From Rotaria socialis (taxonomy: Eukaryota): DNA of 64,000 bases. The notes under the pieces are model-generated. The model made no database searches. It saw only the letters and a program-made list of their open reading frames with translations, and was not told the origin of the DNA. Location: assembly GCA_905331295.1 (NCBI GenBank), contig CAJNYD010000005.1, forward strand, positions 1 through 64,000, read 5' to 3'. Shown here in pieces: positions 54,501-64,000 of this stretch (position 1 is the stretch's first letter; each line of letters starts with the position of its first letter). The position numbers and the translations under genes were made by a program.

Positions 54501-57500
54501 ATTTGAAGAAATCTAATACTATTCATACGTATATTAAATGCAACCAGAAGTCAAAGAAATAAGTAAGTAATCATCACATCATTAAAAATTCTATCCGTTA
54601 TAACAACGACTAAAAAGCTTTAAAAATCTTAACGAAAAATTTTCGAATTTCAGACAAATCAACACATAACATCATATTCAGATATTGAACATAAGAGCAA
54701 GAAAAAGGATAAAATCTACGCTCCAGTGAAAGTCGAAAAAATTATTGTATTTATCACAATTAAACTCTATTGGTGTACGATATTACTTCAATAGTTTCTT
54801 GTTACATCCAAGAAAAACAAAACAAAATCATGTATTCATTATTTTTGTGATTAACATAACAGAGCAGATTCGAGACGCGTGAAAACAATATTTATTTTCT
54901 TGTATATTATCATAACAATTAGCAATTGTATTGTCAGAAAATGCTGATGTAGAAATCGAAGTGTGCGTTTTTTTTCTGTTTAAAGCGACTATATAGTATT
55001 TGAATCATGTCTTCAAAATTTTCTTCAATTTAACTGAAATTCAAGACCATATAGGATTGTAATCATATCGAGACATTCGATTTCCTTTTAAAAAGTGTAA
55101 CTATATATTTGACTATCTTCGACTAATCAGTAAACTTTTTGACACATGAATTTTAGAAGAAAAAAACACTGAAAACAAACTGCAACTCATGTGACTTATT
55201 AACACTGATAGACAAATAATTAGTAGGAATAGAGTGTAATGATGATTCATAGGATATGAACGACGAATACATACATTTGCATCATTTAAATCCGTTTCAA
55301 GTTTTGCAATTTGTTCACGTTGGACAGCATTTTGATTTCTAAAATTTTCCATTTCTTTAATTAAGTGCTCATTGCGTTCTAACATTTGTGTTGAACCAAA
55401 TTTATGTCGATCAACATCTTTTTCAAGCTTTTTAACTTTTGCTTTCCACCTGCGGATAAAAATAATGAAAATATAAATACATCAAAATTTTAAACAAAAA
55501 AGCAACGAACTGTTTAATCGTTTCTTGTGCTTGCATTTTCAATTCTTCACGTTGTTGCTCAGAATCAGCAAATTGTTTTTGAGAATTTAATGCTTCTTGT
55601 GCATATCGTTCAGCTTCTTGTGTCATTTCTTCTAATTTTTCTAACGCTAATGCTAAATCACGTTGTAATTTAGCATTTTGTCGTTCATATGTATCACAAT
55701 TTTCTGTTAGTTCTTTCAATTCTAGTAGACTTTTTGCAAAAAGTCTTTCTTTCTCATCAGACTTTTTTACTATAACCTGAAAAAACAAAACAATACTTGG
55801 CAAACCAAATAAAAAAAAACCAATTGACTTGAACAACCTCTAAATGGTCAGATAGTTGTTCACGTTGACGTTCACTTTTCTCAAGTTCTTTTTTAAATGT
55901 AACCATTTCGTTTAATGTTGACGATTTTGAAAGCATCATTTGTTGTTGAATTAAATAATCATGTTCTATTTGAAGACGATCTTGTTCTATCAATGAATAA
56001 AATATCAAAATTTTTACAGATATAGAATGAACATGAAAGTGTTCTTTTGAACGCTTTCTCTTTGGAAAGAATAAGAGAATTTATGTTAAAACGGAGACAC
56101 TTTTTGAAATTAGCATAGATGCATTACGCCTAAGGTATCTAGTTTTAAAATTTAAATCACTAGAGATAGGCTACTATCTAAGTGTATCGAAGCACAATAA
56201 GAGCAATTATGATTGTTGCTGACCATTAGGGCTCGAAGTGCCAACAGACGGGTACTTAACAAGTCTCAAGATATATTCTTAGGTGTTATATAATTTGGTC
56301 ATGCTTGATAGTAAGATCAGAAAGCTCTTTAAGTAAATATTCAAAAGTGATGTTTGTGTCTAGGGCTTTTCTTGAAAAGTATTTTTAGGATAGATTGTCC
56401 AACTATGAAGAAGGTTTTCTTCTTCATACATGTATTCTATGTACGACGAAGGACACACAATATTGAAATTGTCTCTCAATGCCAAGTTAGTCAGAGTTTA
56501 TCTATATGCTATTGCTTTATATCTCTCAAATTTTATGTTCTTCGAGGCTACTTAAACAAAAATATATCAAAATTATTTAAGAAAAAGTATTGTTTATCAA
56601 AATGAACACATTCTTCTCTTTCCAATTAGAATCGATTGAATGATATATCTTGAAATGTATTTAAAAAAAGATCTGCTCATATCACAGTTCAGTTTAACAT
56701 TTTGACTACGTAAAATTTTCTAAATAGTAAGATTTGAAGACATGACTGTTTATATCATTTTTATATACATCAACCAAACATTTATGGAAATTTCGTTCAT
56801 TGTATCGAATATGCCGTTTGAGACAAAGGCCTAAAGTGTTTCATTTCCTAAAACTTACCATGATTTTAACAAAAGTTATTCGATTCGAACAAATAATAAA
56901 GTTACTTTCCAATTATTAGTGTAATTTCAATTCAGAAAGTATTTAAACTATATCTGTATAACTTTTACCTTGTATACTCAATCTATCGAAGTTTTTGATC
57001 TAATGATGTCTCTTTTCCATATGATTCATCGCTGATAGATATTTAACTCTATTGAAGATTATATTTCTGTCTGAAAGCTACTTTTATTAGAGGTTCATGA
57101 TATGGAATAGATTTCTCTTCACAAAAAAGCTCCGAAACATCTTCTTTTCTATTTCTTTTTCAATCCACAATAATGATTGAAACATAATCGAATAATAACA
57201 ATCAGACCTGTTTTTCGGCGTCGATTCATTGATAATACTAAATCGTCCTCTCGTTGTTTATCACGTTCGAAATCATTTCTGGTCAATTGATCTTTGAGTT
57301 GTAATAGCTAAATCATTAAATGCATCTCAATTTAAAAATTGTTATTATCTAATTAAAATCAGTATTAAAAGAACAAAATCTACACTAAATCAACGAGTTT
57401 CATATTAAAATATCGAATAAACATATAATTTCAAAGTTTCAATTCGGATGTCACGCAATAGAACAAAAAGAAACTCGTTCAATGGGACAATGCATCTGGT

Positions 57501-60009
57501 AAAATAATTTTCCTCTTTGCACTAAATTCCATGATATAATGTCCTTACTTAATAAATTGAATTTCTGTGTGCCAGTTGTTTTCTAGGTTATTTCATATTG
57601 CCTTTGCATTCTTATATCCTCGGCATAGATACTATAATACTTATTTTTTCGAAAAAAATACAGTGAGTACGCTGTCATGTTCATAACAGTTCTGATATTT
57701 TTGATTTCCTTTTTTTTAACGCCCTGATCCTTCGGATTGTTGTGGACTTTAGAGAATTATATAGTTGTTTAGGATTGATCGAAATTGTTAAGATTTTCTA
57801 TGTAACCTTTTCTATTTACCAAAGAAAACCTAACGAATGGTATTGAATAGTAGATTGAAGTAGATATGTTTAAGGCTAGCTATGATCATAAGGTTTGATG
57901 TAAATAATCGAGAGCGATAAGTAGCAGAGTATTTAAAATTCTAAAAGATCATTGACCTCGCTGAACGTCATAACATCAATGCTTTTATTTTTAATGCGCT
58001 TTAACTATTAGAAAAGAAAAGAAATTTATACATGAAAAAAATACAAAAAGAAGAAAAAAGAAAGCACAAGCTATCGATGAAAGAGTCAAAACATGAGAGC
58101 ATAAGAACTGCTAATATGCATCGTACCTAAAATATGCATTTTTTTCCTACGATAAAACAAAGAAAGAAACTTCATGAGATGAAACCAGATCTACGTGTCA
58201 TGTCATCTAGATTTCAGCTTAGTCTGACCGGTTTACAACCTTAGAATATCATAACAGAATTTTAGAATTTCTATTTAATTCATTATCATTGAAATTTAAT
58301 CGAGAAAAAAACAAAATAATTTACCTGTTGCGCTAAAAAGCTTTTGTTAATTTCACTATCTTCCAATTGCCTTCTAGTATTTTGTAATTGAGTTTCATAC
58401 TAATATAAAAGAAAATGGTGTAATAAATTACAATAAAGGAAAAAACGAAAAATAATGATACCATTTGCTTATTGGATTCAGCAAGTAAAAGTCGAGCTTG
58501 TAAAATTTTATCGTCTTCATTTTGAATTGGTGTTGTTAATTTTCGTTGAGATTGAAGTTCAGTTATCAGTACACGCATATCCCCTTGTTGTTGTTGATCT
58601 TTATCACGCTTGATTTCTCGTTCAATTTCTTGTAAACGTCGATCAATACGTGATTGAACGATCTAAGTAAAATATTTATTTTTACGATACGATCTCTTCA
58701 TAGATACAACTTTTTTCCTTCGTTTAGTTACGGAATATTATTTTCAAGTCGAAACTATTTTACTTGCTACTAGAATATTTCTCGGCTTAATAGCTTACGA
58801 TGTTAGAGGAACTTTTATGTTTTTGACAATTTTTAGAAATCGTTTAAAGCAATTGTCATATTTTGTATAATGAAAGACACAAAAAATACGATGAGAAATA
58901 TTGTACTTGCAAAAGTAAAGATACCTTCAACATATTTGTTTTTATCATAAACGGTGTCGTGTTTGCTTTGTCGTATACAAAGAATTTCTCTTTTTCAATC
59001 AAAATCAAAACTCTGTAGCTTTTAGTTGAACTATGCCAATTTTGTTTTCAAAAAACAAATATTGTTACACTAGTTCGTAGTAAAGTATAGTAGTTACACA
59101 TATATTCGCGACAATAAATTTCCTAACGTAAATATAAGCAACAATATTGTATGAACGTTAAGTATCTCTGATTGGCATTCAAGATTCAGAATTAAGATGA
59201 AATTAGCTGCGATAAAATTGTAAAAAAAACGAATAATCAAACCTCTTCGACCAGCGGATCTTGTTTAGAAAAAAATGAGTCATTGACATCCCCATCATCA
59301 CTGTCATTTCTGCAAACATAATTAAAACAGATTGTCCAAAGAAAAAAGTTTTCTCTTACAAAGTCAATGATTCTTTTTGTTGCTGCTGTTTTGATGATGT
59401 AGTTTTACCGATTTCATGTTTAAGTCTTCCATGCTCAGTTGATAGTGATTGCAATTCATTGTTGAGATTATGTAATGAACGTCCAATAACATCATCATTA
59501 AAACGAACACCTTTATTACTGTTACTGCGTTGATGATTCGATGATAACGTTGTAGAACGTCGTGAACCTATTGTTGTTTGTTCTTGATCATAATCTATTC
59601 ATTTTTTAAATAGATTTATTAATAATTTTATGAAAATAGAAGTTTTTTACGTGAATCCACCGTCGAAAGGAGTCCATCATTAGTAGTAGTAGTAGTATTA
59701 CGAAACTTAACAATAGAAACAACAGGATAGAATATTTAACGAGACATAGATACTATTTTATTTACTGTATCTAGTAGTGATGTTGATGTTGGCTGTTGAA
59801 TTTGTTTTAATAATTCAAAATTTTGTTGAGCATGTCGTAAATTATTTTCCGTAGTCTAAATTAGTAAAAGAAAAAATTTAAGGTTAATGGTATTTTTCTT
59901 GTTCTTATTGATTTTTTTCGTTTACAATTAATGCTGTATTCAAATGGCGGATCTTTTCGTTTGATTCAATGTTCACATTAGGTAATTGTCGTTTTAATAA
60001 TGAACTCAT
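51599..60009 (-). CDS. Long multi-exon coiled-coil protein, CEP128-like
   Basis: Many short minus-strand heptad-rich exons; N-terminal LNTALITTENNLRHA and GVRFNDD..LHNLNNELQSLSTEHGRL, internal ELEKSERQREQLSDHLE and KMQAQETIKQWK resemble CEP128; ends ..KSQLSTKSSQS*. Confidence 0.7.
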
Positions 60010-60727
60010 TTTTTATTAATTCCTCTTTTTCTTTTCACTCTCTAGGCCTGTACCTTTCTCGATTGTTCATGCACTTATTTCATTTTCTAGTTACTAAGTG
60101 ATATTCTTCATTAGCTTTATAAAATAGAATCTTTTTATTTTTACACTTCGATTGAAAAAAAATTAGTTAAAATGGAATTTTATAGACAAAAATGTAATTG
60201 TTTGCATTGATTTTTTAATTAAAAAAGAAATTTCTAAATAAACAATTCAAAAAATAAAGCCTAAAAAGATGTCACTGTTTTGCAATCTTATTGGTTTTAC
60301 ATAATCGAAAAATAAAAAATAAATGAAGTAGGCAAACATAGAACAGCAATGAATGTGCAACACATTACTAAGGATGTCTTCTGAGAAAATTTGTCTGAAA
60401 CGTTACCTGTTTATGTTTTTTTTTCTTATATTGGGAAATAAACAAGCGTATATTTAACTATTAGTTGTCATAAAATTTTGCATTGAAGAAAATACAAAAC
60501 TTAGTCGAATGATTTCGTAATTTTTATTTTTTTAATGCAATTAATAAATGAATAAATAAAAAAACAATGCATAATTTGAGTCATGAACATTTAATTAAAA
60601 GAAGATGCTGAAAATTGACGATTACTCTTTTCATACATTTTCTGTTTTGAAATGTTGAAACCTTCTTTTTTGTTTTATACTTTAGATTTCTTGTTTTTGA
60701 CTCATAATAAATACATAAACTTTAATC

Positions 60728-63196
60728 ATGAATGATACGTCTAAAAAAACTCCACGGGTACCCAATTGTAAACAAGTACATGATTTAGTTCGATCAAACT
60801 TAGAAAAAAATGATAAAAATCATCGTCCACAATCGCAGCAATCATTCAGTAATACAATCGAAAATAAAACAAATGCCCTTTCACAACAAAAACAAAGCCA
60901 TGTTCAAAACGTTAAATCACCAGCAAAACCGTTACTAGATTGCTTGAAACCTGAACCGTTATTAACATCGAAACCGTATGAAAAATCGATTTCGCAACGA
61001 CGACGAAGAATTAAACGACTCGATTATGAAAATCATAGTATAGAGATTTTTATTTAGATTGGTTTAATTAAATTTATTCTTTGTATTTATATTAGATCGT
61101 AGTGATAATGATTTAGTTAATAACTCTAATCTTTCACCAGAAAAAGTACGACGAAAAAATTACATAGTTACAAATTTCTTTTTCTGGTTCAATTCTTAGG
61201 CTGAAATTGACCGGTCAACGATTGATATTCGTGAGCCAACACCCGAGCATTTATTAGCATTGAAAAAAGCATTTCATAAAGTTCTTACGGAAAGCTCTCT
61301 ATCCGATAACAGTCTTAGACAACGAGAAGTTATCTTTACAAAATTACATAAACTTATTACTAATGCTCGATCAGGTAAATATTGCATGTTGATTATAGAG
61401 TAATTCTGTTTTTTAAATTGATCGATTAAAATCTTTCATTTTCATTTTATACGTCTGTGGTGTATTAAATTGAGTTTATATTTTATTAAATCTTCTTCAG
61501 ACCTCTGTTCTTCATCGGTTTATTTTACGATAAGAAACAAAACAATTGTTTTAGTACGATTTGTTCTTTTTTATATTTTTCTTTGGAGTAGCGAACTAGA
61601 ACAGTATGTTAACTATATGAAACGAAAAAATGTTGATTTCAAACTTGAACCGTTGACTTTGGTTTTAAATAAAATGAGTTGTCAAGAATCAACAAATTTG
61701 AATGGAAAAATAAAAAAATAGTACTTTTTTCTTTTGATAATTTCGAGTAACAGGTGTGTTAAATATTAAATACGAATATTTAAAATTTAAATGTTTACTG
61801 AAGACATCGTTATTTTATTTATTTATGTATTTATTTATTATAAACATTATATGATAACTCTCGTTTTATTGACTCTTATTTTTTTTAATCTGTTATTATA
61901 GGCAGTCAAATAAATTTATATGGATCTGTATACTTTGAATGTTGTTTGGAAAAACGAAGTGTAATGAATATTGATATACGATTCAAAACAACATCACAAT
62001 ACGATGCACTCAAAGAAATACTTGATATAATTAAAACAAGTGGTATGGTTATTGCATTGAGAAAAGAATTGCATAAACTAAAATTTTAATTTAGATCTAT
62101 GTAAAGACGCTGCAATCGATACTGATAATAAACCATCATGTATTAACTTAATAACAAATGAACCAAATATGCGAGTAAAAATAACTTCAGGTTATAATCG
62201 TGGTTTGAATCTATCAAAATTAATTCGAATTTATATTAAATTTGATGAACGTGTTATCAAATTACTTCGATTGTTTCGAATACTATCCAAAGTTAGTTTA
62301 AATGGATTCGGTTTTCTTTTTCTTTAAGTTTAGCTCTAACATTTCGAAATTTGATTTCACTGTCTTAACTGACTAGAATACGTTTAATAGCCTATGAAGT
62401 TATTATGTTGTTATGTACTCAGACGATGTCTTAGTAATTAGACTGTGAAAAAGCGAGTTTAGAAAAATAAAGTACGTATATTTTAAAACAATGAGTGAGA
62501 AGCATCTTGAGAGTGTTCAAGCTTGATTTTTGTAATACACTTGAATTTTATGCGTTTTAAACACAAATTTTTTATCCTTGACCCTAGGAAAATATTGTCT
62601 GAATGCTTTAAATACGAATATTTTTCATAGTTAGCTCGATTAACTCTCTTTTACGTTAGACGCAAAATAAACACGAAAAAGAAAAGTTTTCTTGAATTTC
62701 GCACTATCAAAATTTATAAAAAAAGAATTTATTTATCATTTTTTTAGACGTGTGACATTGATAAAGCAGAGGTGGGAACACTTCATCCAGTTGTTTACCA
62801 TATTATGGTTATTCATTTTCTTCAACAAGTCGATGAACCGGTTTTACCATGTCTACATGAATATGTACGTTATCTTCTACATTGTTTTTCTTTGAATATA
62901 TTGAACTGAAAAATAAAAGACGTAAATAAACATTCGATTTGATAGGCCTATGGAATTAATAATGTACCAGTAACATTAAATGAAAATCATTATCCGGAAT
63001 TTTTCAAAGTTTGTGAAAAATATTCACGTGAATGGAAATCAAAGAATACAACGACTGTCGAAATGCTGTTTTTACAATTGCTGTCGTATTATGTTAAAAC
63101 ATTCAGTGCAAAACAATTTGTTGTTTCAATACAAACGCGCATGCCTGTGATGAAAATAGATAAAAATTGGCGTAGTAGAAAATTACTTGTTGAAGG
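60728..63196 (+). CDS. 5' portion of a terminal uridylyltransferase TUT4/TUT7-like gene (N-terminal nucleotidyltransferase plus PAP-associated domain); runs out of the window
   Basis: Spliced exons read TPEHLLAL..LRQREVI..INLYGSVYF..MNIDI..FDERVIKLLRLFRILSKTCDIDKAEVGTLHPVVYHIMVIHFLQQVDEPVLPCLHE..WKSKN..LFLQLLSYY..F....VVSIQ..KNWRSRKLLVE; donor at 63197. Confidence 0.8.
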
Positions 63197-64000
63197 TAAA
63201 TTTATTTTTAAGCTAACGCAAAAAGTTGTGATATTTTTTACACGAGGCTCTCGCAGTTTTGTTACAAATTTTAAAATGACATTTATTTTATTTGTCTATG
63301 AATGTTAAATTTCATATTAAAGAAAAGAGAAAGTAAACAATCAATCATGTATCATATAGGTTTATCTTTGAGACAATTGATAATATCTTGTTTTTCGAAT
63401 GTTCATCATAGGAAACGAGAAAAAGAATTTTTTCAAAATTATCTATGGATGGAATTAAAATATATATGTAGATACATTTGTTAAGACAATATAGATGAAT
63501 TGTAAATGACCGAGTTTAACAGAAAAAAAGAGTTCTAACTTAAATCTAGTTAGTCATGCGGTAAATGTGATAATTCTTTGGAATATCATCTTTGTAAGAA
63601 AAACTATGCGAAAACAATTCTTTACACTGGTAAAAATTATACTATAGAGATAGTTTTGGGTTGCCCAATTTTGAAATAAACATTTTTCTAAATTTTACAT
63701 CGGTAACGTTAGTCAAAATATGCCTTCATCTACTGCTAAGACATAAAACTATCATGGAATATGATATCAATTACATTTTTGTCTATCGATTTGTACGATG
63801 AAATCGACTAATTCAAACGATATTGGTTGAAAACTCAGACTTTTTCCTATCCTTCAAATTGATCTATTCCATCGAACAAAAACTGTATGATGTAAAATTG
63901 AATAGCCTTCAATACAAATTTTTAGACATCGTACAAAAATCAAATATTTGTTATAGACTACTGTGTATGACCTTAATCCTCTAAAAGTGTGAGATTTATC

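Overview
AT-rich eukaryotic genomic DNA with many short (~50-70 bp) GT-AG introns. Gene content and style (intronless NHL-repeat exon, non-metazoan-looking enzymes beside core animal genes, many MITEs) fit a bdelloid rotifer; this assignment is inference. The first ~15 kb looks like an accessory block: an unknown GGGxR-motif protein, an intronless fungal-type heme fatty-acid dioxygenase, an NHL-repeat protein, a U-box/tyrosine-kinase fusion, a two-domain Ly6-like Cys-rich secreted protein whose stop codon appears to come from a hAT terminus, and nested transposon relics. The rest holds conserved genes (Merlin/NF2-like, ALKBH1, UNC93-like MFS, Csk-like, Groucho/TLE, CEP128-like, 5' part of a TUT4/7-like gene), two more intron-bearing HGT candidates (GH29 fucosidase, stand-alone PLDc_N membrane protein) and several non-autonomous elements (hAT MITEs, two Helentron/DINE-1-like elements, a 2.9-kb CCC-ended TIR element with a 32-bp tandem array). 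No rRNA, tRNA or CRISPR array is supported. All calls come from reading motifs by eye, so exon limits are approximate.
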